Notes: a model not told the origin generated them from the letters alone. Counted from the first letter of the stretch, positions 39,438 through 48,359 are shown. The stretch: 64,000 nt of DNA from an uncultured Clostridia bacterium (GCA_947623285.1 CANQGP010000005.1:68757-132756), one strand, 5' to 3'. Made by a program: numbers and translations.

Positions 39438-41366
39438 CTACTGTTTATTTTGAATTTGATTTTGAATTTTTTCAACAAACTCTTCCAAGCTCATATTCCC
39501 TAAATCACCTTTACTTCTTGACCTTACTGTTATTTCTCCTGATTCTTTTTCTTTATCTCCTATAACTAACATATATGGCACTTTTTGAACTTGAGCTTCA
39601 CGTATTTTATATCCTATTTTTTCATTTCTGTCATCAAGTTCGACTCTTATTCCTTCATCTTCAATTTCTTCTAATAATTCTTTACAATAATCCAATTGTT
39701 TATCACTTATTGGTAATATTTTTACTTGTACTGGTGATAGCCAAATTGGAAGTACTCCTTTTGTATTTTCTAATATTAGTGCTAAGAATCTTTCGTAAGA
39801 ACCTAATATTGCTCTATGCACCATAACCGGTGTTTGTTTTTCACCATTTTCATCTATATAGAATAATCCAAATCTCTTAGGTGTTGCAAAGTCAAGTTGT
39901 ACTGTAGGTATTTGAACCTCTCTTTTCATAGCGTCTTTAAACATAAAGTCTAATTTAGGTCCATATAAAGCTGCTTCTCCCTCACATTTTTTAGCTTCCA
40001 ATCCTAGTTCATCTGAAACCTCTTGCAACATTCTTTCACAAGTATTCCAATCTTCTTCATTTCCAATATATTTTTCTGGATGGTCATAATCTCTGACTGA
40101 TAATGATACCCAATGATCATCCCATAATCCCATTCTAGTATAAAAATCTCTTATGATGTTACACATATTTATAACTTCTTGTTTTACTTGGTCTACACGA
40201 CAGAAAGAATGTCCGTCTTCTACAGTTATCGCATATACTCTTGATAATCCTCCAACAGAACCTTGAAGCTCTGCTCTATATTGTTTGTCAGACTCCATAT
40301 ATCTTATTGGTAAATCTTTATAACTTCTTTGTTTTGAAGCAAATATTTGTGTATGATGTGGACATTGAACTGGTTTTAATACAAATTCATGACCTTTTTT
40401 AGAATGAACTCTAAATAATTCATCATCAAATTTTTGCGCATGTCCTGATGTTTCAAATAAACTAATATTTGCTAGCGATGGACAACTTACCTTTTGGAAA
40501 CCATACTTTCTACAAATTCTTTCTACTTCTCTTTGCAATTCTTCTTTTACTATTGTTCCCTTTGGAGTATAAAGTGGAAGTCCTCCACCAACATAATCAG
40601 AAAAGCAAAATAAATCTAATTCTTTTCCTATTTTTCTGTGATCACGTTGTTTTGCCTCTTCCAAAAAGTCTAAATATTCTTGCAATTGACTTGCTTTCGG
40701 AAATGATATTCCATAAATTCTTTGAAGCATTTTATTTTTTTCATCACCTCTCCAATATGCTCCTGATGATGATAATATTTTTACTGCTTTTACCTTTCCT
40801 GTGCTCTCTAAATGTGGTCCTGCACATAAATCTGTAAAATCTCCTTGCTTATAAAAAGAAATTTCTTCACCTTCTGGTAAATCTTCTATCAATTCTTTTT
40901 TGTATGGTTGATTTTCCATTAATTTCAATGCTTCTTCTTTTGATAAAGAAAATCTTTCAATTGGAATATTTTCTTTTATTATTTTTTTCATTTCTTCTTC
41001 TATGTTTGCTTTATCTTCATCAGTAAATGGTTTTTCTATATCAAAATCATAATAAAATCCATTATCTATTGATGGTCCAATTGCAAATTTTACATCTGGA
41101 AATAATCTCTTTACTGCTTGAGCCATGATATGTGATGTTGTATGCCAATAAGCTTTTTTCCCTTCCAAATCTTCTTCATTAAATGTATGGATTACTAATT
41201 CACAGTTTTCAATTAATTCATAACGTAAATCTTTAATTTCTCCATTCACTTCTCCGCAAGTTGCAACCCTTGCTAATCCTTCACTTATTTTTTTTGCAAT
41301 GTCTAAAATAGAGCTTCCTTTTTCTACTTCTATTTTAGAGCCGTCTTTTAAAGTAATTTCTAACAT
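39438..41366 (-). CDS. thrS: threonine--tRNA ligase
   Basis: TGS, second-additional, class II core and anticodon-binding domains. I chose the start MLEITLKDGS at 41366 (GAGGAGG 7 nt upstream) rather than the track start at 41390. Confidence 0.95.
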   Translation of the reverse strand: MLEITLKDGSKIEVEKGSSILDIAKKISEGLARVATCGEVNGEIKDLRYELIENCELVIHTFNEEDLEGKKAYWHTTSHIMAQAVKRLFPDVKFAIGPSIDNGFYYDFDIEKPFTDEDKANIEEEMKKIIKENIPIERFSLSKEEALKLMENQPYKKELIEDLPEGEEISFYKQGDFTDLCAGPHLESTGKVKAVKILSSSGAYWRGDEKNKMLQRIYGISFPKASQLQEYLDFLEEAKQRDHRKIGKELDLFCFSDYVGGGLPLYTPKGTIVKEELQREVERICRKYGFQKVSCPSLANISLFETSGHAQKFDDELFRVHSKKGHEFVLKPVQCPHHTQIFASKQRSYKDLPIRYMESDKQYRAELQGSVGGLSRVYAITVEDGHSFCRVDQVKQEVINMCNIIRDFYTRMGLWDDHWVSLSVRDYDHPEKYIGNEEDWNTCERMLQEVSDELGLEAKKCEGEAALYGPKLDFMFKDAMKREVQIPTVQLDFATPKRFGLFYIDENGEKQTPVMVHRAILGSYERFLALILENTKGVLPIWLSPVQVKILPISDKQLDYCKELLEEIEDEGIRVELDDRNEKIGYKIREAQVQKVPYMLVIGDKEKESGEITVRSRSKGDLGNMSLEEFVEKIQNQIQNKQ

Positions 41367-41399
41367 TTTTATTCCTCCTCTTTTTTTCATTGTGGCTTA

Positions 41400-41705
41400 A
41401 TGAATTAACTTATGTATTATATTTATAATTATTATTCACATTTTGCGTATAATAAATTTAAATTAAATAAATTAAAAACAAAAAAGCCTCCAATGGATTA
41501 TATTATCCATAGGAGTGCTATAAAACACGGTTCCATCCTATTTTTTACTTGATTAAGATTATAACGTATCCAACACGTCTAGCTTATTCACTAGCAACTT
41601 TGAAGAGTTAGTTTTTCAAATATGTTTTTCTAAGTTAGCTTCCAGCCAATGACTAACTTTCTCTTTAGATAACCTTTATTTTACTTTTTCTCTTACTTGT
41701 TTTAT
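41400..41705 (-). promoter_or_regulatory. T-box leader (threonine, ACU specifier) of thrS
   Basis: Minus strand: AGAGA / CUCUU Stem-I base with GAAAAACUAA immediately 5' of CUCUU (ACU followed by a purine). T-box sequence AGGATGGAACCGTG (complement of 41526-41539). Terminator CTCCTATGGA-N7-TCCATTGGAGG + TTTTTT (41478-41516). Confidence 0.75.
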
Positions 41706-41712
41706 GTATATA

Positions 41713-41741
41713 ATTTTAGTACTTTTTTTCGGAAATGTCAA
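41713..41741 (-). promoter_or_regulatory. thrS sigma-A promoter
   Basis: Minus strand: TTGACA - 17 nt - TAAAAT. Confidence 0.6.
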
Positions 41742-41749
41742 CAAAATAG

Positions 41750-41778
41750 TTTACTTTTTTATGTTTTTCATATATAAT
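41750..41778 (+). promoter_or_regulatory. tRNA-Thr(GGU) sigma-A promoter
   Basis: TTTACT - 17 nt - TATAAT, 11 nt before the mature tRNA 5' end. Back-to-back with the thrS promoter; the two -35 boxes are 8 nt apart. Confidence 0.5.
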
Positions 41779-41789
41779 GCAAGTCAGTT

Positions 41790-41865
41790 GCTTCTATAGC
41801 TCAGGTGGTAGAGTGCTACTCTGGTAAGGTAGAGGTCACGGGTTCAAGTCCCGTTAGAAGCCCCA
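41790..41865 (+). tRNA. tRNA-Thr (anticodon GGU), CCA encoded
   Basis: Manual cloverleaf: acceptor GCTTCTA/TAGAAGC, D arm GCTC-AGGTGGTA-GAGT, anticodon arm CTACT-CTGGTAA-GGTAG, T arm ACGGG-TTCAAGT-CCCGT. Confidence 0.9.
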
Positions 41866-41870
41866 CACAT

Positions 41871-41902
41871 AAAGGCAAAGTTTTATTAAAAACTTTGCCT
41901 TT
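41871..41902. terminator. bidirectional terminator (tRNA-Thr / small membrane protein gene)
   Basis: AAAGGCAAAGTT-N8-AACTTTGCCTTT: a 12-bp perfect stem with A/T-rich flanks. Confidence 0.75.
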
Positions 41903-41904
41903 AT

Positions 41905-42174
41905 TTATAATTCTAAGAATTTTAATATAAGTACAATTATTGTTGCAACAAAGAGGACTCGTTCTATGTCTCTCTTCTGCTCTGAGTCAGTTAAACTCAT
42001 TACAAAGATGCCTACCATCGCAATTGCTACAAAAGTTATTCTCCAAATGACACCTTCAGAACCCATAAGTAGGATAATGAATACCATTGTAATCATGAAT
42101 GATATTGACCAGTAACACATTAATCTCTCTTCTTGCTTTTCCTTACTTTTGGAATTTTTAGTGTCTTTCTTCAT
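41905..42174 (-). CDS. small membrane protein (89 aa, ~3 TM helices)
   Basis: AGGAG RBS, K/E-rich N-terminus, then hydrophobic helices. Confidence 0.55.
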   Translation of the reverse strand: MKKDTKNSKSKEKQEERLMCYWSISFMITMVFIILLMGSEGVIWRITFVAIAMVGIFVMSLTDSEQKRDIERVLFVATIIVLILKFLEL

Positions 42175-42297
42175 TCTAGTCTCCTAGCTCTTTAAATCTA
42201 ATTTTAGATTTTGAATCTTCAACCAATAACGTTCAGTATTATTATAATCTATTTTACATAATTTGTCAAATGAATTATACATATTTATTGAAAAAAC

Positions 42298-43230
42298 TTA
42301 TTTTCCAGTAATAGGCAAAACTTTATTTTCATATTTTTCTTGTATACTACCATAGCATTTTTCATATTTTTCAAGTATAGCATAATTTGTTAATTCTTTT
42401 CCTGCTATTCCTTCTGTAATGGATTCTGCATATACTTGTGCTTCAGCATCTATTTCAAAATTATTGATATCTTTTATTTTTTCTTTTGGTACAATAATTT
42501 TAAATTCTTCATTACCTTCAAATTTTTCTTTTTCTTGATTATTTTTATCTACCACTTTTATTCCTTCTAATATTTTACCTTCATTATTTTTCAAATATAT
42601 CTTATAATTTTTTATTTCACTTTCAGTTTCAATTTTATAAGTTTTTGATACATAATTTTTATCTTTTTCATCATCTTCCCAATAAAGATTTTGTTTTTTT
42701 ATCTCTAATTTATTTGTGGCTTTCATTTTATTTAAAGTTGATTTACCTTCTAAAATTTTATTTATTGCATTCAATATTCTTTGTCCTTTTTCATCTTTTG
42801 CAATATATTTTTCTAGCAAACCTTCTTGATAATTACAAAATATCGCTCCTTGTGTTGCCATATATGCTTCTTCATTGTTGATACATCCTAATTGAGCTGA
42901 GCTTTTAAAAGGATAGCCATTTGCTAAAATTTTAGAAAAATTTTCTCGTTTCAATTCTCCTAATATATCAATATTTCTACTGTCAGGAAAATAGTCCAGT
43001 GGTTCTTCTTCTAGATAGTATACTGGCATCTTTTCTCCATCAATATTATGGTATAAATAATTAAATTCTACTTCTTTTTCATCTTTTAATATTGATGTAC
43101 TCAATTTTTTTGCTTTATATACTTGGACTTTACCTTCATTATTGCTTATTGCACTTACTACATTTGAAAAAATTACAATATCCATTATTATTATCATTAA
43201 TATTAATAATACTTTTTTTAGACTTCTCAC
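42298..43230 (-). CDS. secreted thioester-domain (TED)-like paralogue lacking the thioester Cys, plus an extra ~110-aa C-terminal domain; ends ...LPITGK
   Basis: GTG start with GGAAGGAG RBS. Signal peptide. Aligns with the upstream TED protein (ANGYPFKSSAQLGCINNEEAYMATQGAIF vs VNGYPYKTIEELGCKNEQEAYKATQTAIY), but reads PVYYLEEE where the paralogue has PAYCLNEN. Confidence 0.7.
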   Translation of the reverse strand: MRSLKKVLLILMIIIMDIVIFSNVVSAISNNEGKVQVYKAKKLSTSILKDEKEVEFNYLYHNIDGEKMPVYYLEEEPLDYFPDSRNIDILGELKRENFSKILANGYPFKSSAQLGCINNEEAYMATQGAIFCNYQEGLLEKYIAKDEKGQRILNAINKILEGKSTLNKMKATNKLEIKKQNLYWEDDEKDKNYVSKTYKIETESEIKNYKIYLKNNEGKILEGIKVVDKNNQEKEKFEGNEEFKIIVPKEKIKDINNFEIDAEAQVYAESITEGIAGKELTNYAILEKYEKCYGSIQEKYENKVLPITGK

Positions 43231-43265
43231 TATCGCTCTCCTTCCATACTTTTGTACTATTCATT

Positions 43266-43964
43266 TTACATTCCAGTAACTGGCAACTTTATTGTTTCTG
43301 CTTTTACAGGCTCTTCTTTTTCAACAATTCCTGTTAATGCATAGTTTTGCAACTCTTCACTTGGAGCCTTACCAAAAAATACTTTATTTGAATTGTCTGG
43401 CATTTCTTTTGAATTGTCAGCATTTGTTATTATATTTTTTAAAGCTTCTAATGTCCTTACAGCCGCTTCATCATAACCTCCTATACCATTTTCTCTATAT
43501 AATGATAAAGGTGTATTGCTTAGATAACAATATATTGCTGTTTGTGTTGCCTTATATGCTTCTTGCTCATTTTTACATCCTAATTCTTCAATAGTTTTAT
43601 ATGGATATCCATTTACAATGACTCTCCAAAGTCCTAGAGCTGTTACATTATTTCCTTTTATATCCACATCTGTTATTTCATTAGTTATATCTACAGAGTA
43701 TGATTTATCTGCTGATACACCTTCTAAATTTTCATTTAAGCAATATGCTGGATATTCAACTCCATTATATTTATAATATACATGTTTTGTTTCCACATTT
43801 ATTTCAGCACATGTTAATAATACAGGCAAATCTTCTTTAGCATATAATTCAACTTTTGATTCTTCTGTTGATTGATTTGTTGTTGCTTCAACAGACATTG
43901 CAAATCCTGTTACTAATATTGCAACTATCGTAAGTATAACTAATAATATTTTACTTTTTCGCAT
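43266..43964 (-). CDS. secreted thioester-domain (TED) protein; ends ...LPVTGM
   Basis: 232 aa. Signal peptide. TED hallmarks are Y-C-L-N (Cys75, codon = complement of 43740-43742) and TQxAI(Y/W) (ATQTAIY). GGAGGG RBS. Confidence 0.75.
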   Translation of the reverse strand: MRKSKILLVILTIVAILVTGFAMSVEATTNQSTEESKVELYAKEDLPVLLTCAEINVETKHVYYKYNGVEYPAYCLNENLEGVSADKSYSVDITNEITDVDIKGNNVTALGLWRVIVNGYPYKTIEELGCKNEQEAYKATQTAIYCYLSNTPLSLYRENGIGGYDEAAVRTLEALKNIITNADNSKEMPDNSNKVFFGKAPSEELQNYALTGIVEKEEPVKAETIKLPVTGM

Positions 43965-44202
43965 TAATTCCCTCCTTTTTGTTTGTATTTATGTAGACTG
44001 TCTTTTGTTCATTATTATTCGGTCATATGCTTCACCTACCTATTTTTATTTTTTGTTTGGAAATTTTAAAAGATAAAACTTTTTTTGAAATAAATTATTG
44101 ATAAAATATATTATTATATTACTACGTTTTTTTGTTTTTGTAAAGCACTTTTCATCGCAATATCCGCCATTATTCGACACTAACAAATTTTATTCATTTC
44201 AT

Positions 44203-44231
44203 AAAAAAGCAGAGGTATATTTCCTCTGCTT
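44203..44231 (-). terminator. terminator after tRNA-Leu
   Basis: Minus strand: AAGCAGAGG-N7-CCTCTGCTT followed by TTTTTT, 9 nt after the tRNA 3' end. Confidence 0.75.
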
Positions 44232-44239
44232 TTTTACTG

Positions 44240-44323
44240 TGGTGCGGATGAAGGGACTTGAACCCCCACGCCATTGGCACTGGTTCCTAAGACCAGCGCG
44301 TCTACCAATTCCGCCACATCCGC
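44240..44323 (-). tRNA. tRNA-Leu (anticodon UAG), type II, CCA encoded
   Basis: Reverse complement: GCGGATGTGGCGGAATTGGTAGACGCGCTGGTCTTAGGAACCAGTGCCAATGGCGTGGGGGTTCAAGTCCCTTCATCCGCACCA. Anticodon arm CTGGT-CTTAGGA-ACCAG, with a long variable arm. Confidence 0.9.
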
Positions 44324-44386
44324 ATATGTATTATTTAACTGACACTGTATATAATAGCATATTTTCATATACAGTGTCAAGTTGTT

Positions 44387-45361
44387 TTAACTAAATACTT
44401 CAAGTTCTTTTATTTTGTTTCCTCTTAAGAAATCTTGTATTTTCATTCTTTTGGCATTTTCACCTTGTATTTCTAATATACTTAATATTCCTTGTTTTGT
44501 TTTTATATATAATCCTTTTTTACTGTCAGATATTATAACTGTACCATTTTCATATTTTTCAATATTGTTTTTTAGTTCAGATGAAGAAATTTGTTCTATT
44601 TCTTTAAACACTTCTACTTTCCAAAATTTTATTTTTTTCCCGTTTATAAAAGTATATGCACCCATAATTGGATTTAAACCTCTAACAAGATTTTTTATTT
44701 CTTGTGCTGTTTTATTTTCCCAATCTATTTTTGCCATTTTTTTATCTAACATTGGTGCTATTGTCGCTTCACTATCGTCTTGTTTTATTCTAGATGCTGT
44801 TCCTAATTCTATCTGTTCTAATGTTTGTACTAACAATTGTCCTCCAATTTTTGAAAGTCTATTCCATAATTCTCCTGTAGTTTCATTATCACCAATTTCC
44901 ACTTCTTTTTTTAGTATCATATCTCCTGTGTCCATTCCTTCAGCCATATACATTGTTGTTATTCCTGTTATTTTATCTCCATTTAATACAGCCCATTGTA
45001 TTGGTGCTGCACCTCTGTATTTTGGCAATAATGAACCATGTACATTTATACAACCTTTTGGAGGAATATCCAGTATTTCTTTTGGTAATATTTTCCCATA
45101 TGCTACAACACATATTATCTCCGGATTTAATTTTTTCATCTCGTTTATTATCTCTTCATTGTTTTTTATCTTTTCTGGTTGATATATTTGTAATTCTTTA
45201 GATAGTGCATATTCTTTTACTGGAGTTGGTATCATTTTCATTCCTCTACCTTTAGGTCTATCAGGGTTTGTTATTACTCCAACTATTTCATGTCCAGCTT
45301 CATATATTGCTTCTAAGCTTTCTTTCGCAAAATCAGGTGTACCCATAAATACTATTTTCAT
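44387..45361 (-). CDS. fmt: methionyl-tRNA formyltransferase
   Basis: MKIVFMGTPDFA..., HGSLLPKYRGAAPIQWA. I chose the start at 45361 (AAAGGAGAG RBS) rather than the track start at 45412. Confidence 0.93.
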   Translation of the reverse strand: MKIVFMGTPDFAKESLEAIYEAGHEIVGVITNPDRPKGRGMKMIPTPVKEYALSKELQIYQPEKIKNNEEIINEMKKLNPEIICVVAYGKILPKEILDIPPKGCINVHGSLLPKYRGAAPIQWAVLNGDKITGITTMYMAEGMDTGDMILKKEVEIGDNETTGELWNRLSKIGGQLLVQTLEQIELGTASRIKQDDSEATIAPMLDKKMAKIDWENKTAQEIKNLVRGLNPIMGAYTFINGKKIKFWKVEVFKEIEQISSSELKNNIEKYENGTVIISDSKKGLYIKTKQGILSILEIQGENAKRMKIQDFLRGNKIKELEVFS

Positions 45362-45454
45362 ATTGCACTCTCCTTTCATTGTCAATATCTTAGTTTTTGT
45401 AAGAGTTCTCACTATCTTAAAGATATGAGGTTTGCTTAAATAAGTTAAATAACT

Positions 45455-45940
45455 TTATTTTTCATCTTCTTCTGATTCAACATATTCTAATGTTCCTGGA
45501 ATCATTTTGTCCACAAACACTTCACCATTTAAATGATCAACTTCATGACATATTGCTTGAGCTAGTAAATCTTTTGCTTTTACTCTTATTGTATTTCCTT
45601 CTAAATCTAGAAAGTCTGCTGTTACTTGTTCTGGTCTTTTTACTTTGGCAAATTTATTAGGGAAACTTAAACAACCTTCTTCTACTTCTACTTCTCCTTT
45701 AGTTTTTATTATTACTGGATTTATCATTGCAATTGGTCCATTTCCATCATATAAATCAATTACAATTATTCTTTTTAATATTCCTACTTGTACTGCTGCT
45801 AGTCCGACTCCATTATATTTGTGCATTGTTTCAATCATATCATCTATTAAGGTTAATATTCTTTCATCTATCTTTTCTACTTCTCTAGATTTCTTTTTTA
45901 ATATTTCATCGCCTTCTAATCTTAAGTTTCTTATTGCCAT
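45455..45940 (-). CDS. def: peptide deformylase
   Basis: GVGLAAVQVG, EGCLSFP, HEVDHLNG. I chose the start MAIRNLR at 45940 (AAAGGAGAGG RBS). Confidence 0.93.
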   Translation of the reverse strand: MAIRNLRLEGDEILKKKSREVEKIDERILTLIDDMIETMHKYNGVGLAAVQVGILKRIIVIDLYDGNGPIAMINPVIIKTKGEVEVEEGCLSFPNKFAKVKRPEQVTADFLDLEGNTIRVKAKDLLAQAICHEVDHLNGEVFVDKMIPGTLEYVESEEDEK

Positions 45941-45993
45941 TTTTCCTCTCCTTTCTATTTGATTATTTTTATTTTGCAATAAATCTCACAATT

Positions 45994-48219
45994 TTATATC
46001 ATATTATTTGGATTTACATCAATTGCTACTCTCATTTCTTTATTGTTCATTTTATATATTTTCTTTAAACATATATTTAGTATTTCTTCTGTTTTTTCAT
46101 CCATTTTTCCTTTTATTATTATTCTCCATCTATATTTATTTTGTATTTTATCGATTGGAGCTGGCATTGGACGTAATATTTTTTGACTTTCTATATCTAA
46201 TTTATCATTTAAATACTTATATACTCTGTTTATTAATTTTATTATTTCATTTTGATTTTTACTTGTAAAACCAATTACTATTATATCGCAAAATGGTGGA
46301 TATTTCAATTGTTCTCGTAATGCTTTTTCTGTTTTATAAAATTCTTCATAATTTTGTTTTTGTGCACATTGTATACTAAAGTTTTCTGGATTATATGTTT
46401 GAATTATAACTTTACCTACTTTTTCTCCTCTTCCAGCTCTTCCTGCTACTTGTGTTAAAGTTTGAAATGTCCTTTCGCTTGCCCTATAATCATCTATATT
46501 TAATGAGCTGTCTGCTGCAATTGCTCCTACTAAAGTTACATTTGGAAAATGATGTCCTTTCACTACCATTTGTGTTCCAATTAAAATATCTATATTTTCT
46601 TTTTTAAATGTTTCTAATATTTTTTCATGGGAATTCTTTTTAGTTACAGTATCTACATCCATTCTAATTGTTTTTATTCCCTCAAATTGTTTTTTTATTT
46701 CTTGCTCTAATTTTTGAGTTCCTGTTCCAAAATATCTAATTTTATCGCTTCCACACTCTGGACATTTGTTTACCACTGGTTCTTCATATCCACAATAATG
46801 ACATTTGAGTTTATTATTAAATTTATGATATGTCAAACTTATATTACAATTTTTGCATTTTACTGTATATCCACATTCCCTGCACATAATAAATGTAGAA
46901 AATCCTCGTCTATTTAAATATAATATAATTTGTTCTTTATTTTTTAAATTCTTTTCTATACTTTGATATAATTCTCTACTTAGCATCGAACGATTTCCAT
47001 ATGCTAATTCTTGTTTTAAATCTACTATTTCAACTTTTGGCAATTCTGATTTATTAGCCCTTTTCTTTAATTCTAACCTTTCAATTTCCCCTATTTCTGT
47101 TTTGTAATATGTAGTAATTTCAGGTGTTGCACTTCCCAATACAACAGGACAATTTTCTTCTTTGGCTATTTTTTGTGCTATCTCTTTTGCTTGATATTTT
47201 GGTGTAGTTTCCGATTTATATGAACTATCATGTTCTTCATCTATTATTATTATACCTAAATCTTTTACTGGTGCAAATATTGCTGATCTTGCTCCTATTA
47301 CAATTTTTGCTTTTCCTTCTCTTATTCTATTCCATTCATCATGTCTTTCTCCAAGCCCTAATTTACTATGTAACACAGCTATTTTTTCTTTTCCAAATCT
47401 TGCTACAAATCTATTAATAATTTGAGGTGTTAGTGAAATCTCCGGTACGAGCATAATTGAACTTTTCCCTTTGCTTAATAACTTTTCTATTATTTGTAAA
47501 TATACTTCTGTTTTTCCTGAACCTGTTACCCCAAATAGTAAGAATTCTTTATATTTATTTATTGATTTTTCTATTTCGTTGTAAGCATTTTGTTGTTCTT
47601 CTGTAAATTTTAATTTATTATTTCTTTCTATTCTTTTTCCTATAAGTGGATTTCTTTCAACCGTCTTTTCTATTATTTCCAAATATCCATTTTTCACTAA
47701 AGTGTTTACAACTCCTCGCGTACATCCTGTAAACATTTCTATTTCTGGAACCATACATCCTGGATTTTCTAACACAAACTTTATTACTCTTTTTTGTTTT
47801 TCTGTTTTTAATTTACCCGCTTCCATATCAAATTCTATTTTTTCTTCACTTTTTACATACACTACATTTATTTTTTTATCAGTTATACGATTATCTCTAT
47901 TTTTATTTCTAGTACCTGGTGTTAACATCAATTTTATACAATCTGATACATTACAAAAATATTTTTTAGACATCCATTTCGCTAACTCTATTTGTTTGTC
48001 TGTTAAGCTATCTTCTATTTTTAGAATATCTTTTACCTTATATTCTGATTTTTCTTTTATACCAACCACATATGCTTCTTCTGGAGTTTTAAAATTGGCA
48101 AAAGGCACCAAAACTTTACTACCTATAACAATAAAATCTTCTAGGTGTTTTGGTATATTATAATCAAAAGTTCTATTAAGTTTTTTTGCTGTTGAATTAA
48201 CTATTACTTCTGCTATCAT
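45994..48219 (-). CDS. priA: primosomal replication-restart helicase PriA
   Basis: 741 aa: GVTGSGKTEVY, DEEHD, Cys-rich Zn fingers (CRECGY..CKNC..CHYCGY..CPECGS). Confidence 0.93.
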   Translation of the reverse strand: MIAEVIVNSTAKKLNRTFDYNIPKHLEDFIVIGSKVLVPFANFKTPEEAYVVGIKEKSEYKVKDILKIEDSLTDKQIELAKWMSKKYFCNVSDCIKLMLTPGTRNKNRDNRITDKKINVVYVKSEEKIEFDMEAGKLKTEKQKRVIKFVLENPGCMVPEIEMFTGCTRGVVNTLVKNGYLEIIEKTVERNPLIGKRIERNNKLKFTEEQQNAYNEIEKSINKYKEFLLFGVTGSGKTEVYLQIIEKLLSKGKSSIMLVPEISLTPQIINRFVARFGKEKIAVLHSKLGLGERHDEWNRIREGKAKIVIGARSAIFAPVKDLGIIIIDEEHDSSYKSETTPKYQAKEIAQKIAKEENCPVVLGSATPEITTYYKTEIGEIERLELKKRANKSELPKVEIVDLKQELAYGNRSMLSRELYQSIEKNLKNKEQIILYLNRRGFSTFIMCRECGYTVKCKNCNISLTYHKFNNKLKCHYCGYEEPVVNKCPECGSDKIRYFGTGTQKLEQEIKKQFEGIKTIRMDVDTVTKKNSHEKILETFKKENIDILIGTQMVVKGHHFPNVTLVGAIAADSSLNIDDYRASERTFQTLTQVAGRAGRGEKVGKVIIQTYNPENFSIQCAQKQNYEEFYKTEKALREQLKYPPFCDIIVIGFTSKNQNEIIKLINRVYKYLNDKLDIESQKILRPMPAPIDKIQNKYRWRIIIKGKMDEKTEEILNICLKKIYKMNNKEMRVAIDVNPNNMI

Positions 48220-48302
48220 TTTTTCCCGATATAAACTTCGGCTACCTCCTTTATGGCTGTTTTTTATCTATGTTTTTATATTTGAATTATATCAAATGCA
48301 AC

Positions 48303-48324
48303 AAAAAAAATCCAGTTATCTGGA
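48303..48324 (-). terminator. weak terminator after the kinase-like gene
   Basis: Minus strand: TCCAG-ATAA-CTGGA followed by a T8 tract. The stem is only 5 bp. Confidence 0.4.
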
Positions 48325-48359
48325 CTTTCTTTGTTTTATTGTCAAATATAACATAATAT

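Noticed and set aside
41367-41390. N-terminal extensions suggested by the longest-ORF track: thrS to 41390, fmt to 45412, def to 45979, rpoZ to 49195, ymdB to 35802, the phosphoesterase to 54593, and VanW to 6611.
   Set aside because: In each case a downstream ATG has a properly spaced GGAGG-type RBS and restores the conserved family N-terminus. The upstream codons lack an RBS or overlap it.
41866-41905. Integrase or att-site evidence for the tRNA-flanked islet and for the tRNA-Gln-adjacent pilin-like gene.
   Set aside because: There is no recombinase ORF in any frame, and I could find no direct repeat of the tRNA 3' ends by eye. Mobile-element status is therefore not claimed, only a possible old acquisition.
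44098-44394. 98-aa plus-strand ORF.
   Set aside because: It runs straight through the tRNA-Leu(UAG) gene and its terminator on the opposite strand, so it is not a credible CDS.
44415-45182. Long plus-strand ORFs lying antisense inside minus-strand genes. Examples: 255 aa at 44415-45182 opposite fmt, 174 aa at 36517-37041 opposite rny, 170 aa at 33551-34063 opposite the SBP gene, 153 aa at 47702-48163 opposite priA, and many 60-130-aa ORFs opposite the giant gene.
   Set aside because: All are F/L/I/S-rich shadow frames of well-supported genes. They lack an RBS and recognisable motifs. Their length reflects the codon bias of the sense strand, not coding potential.
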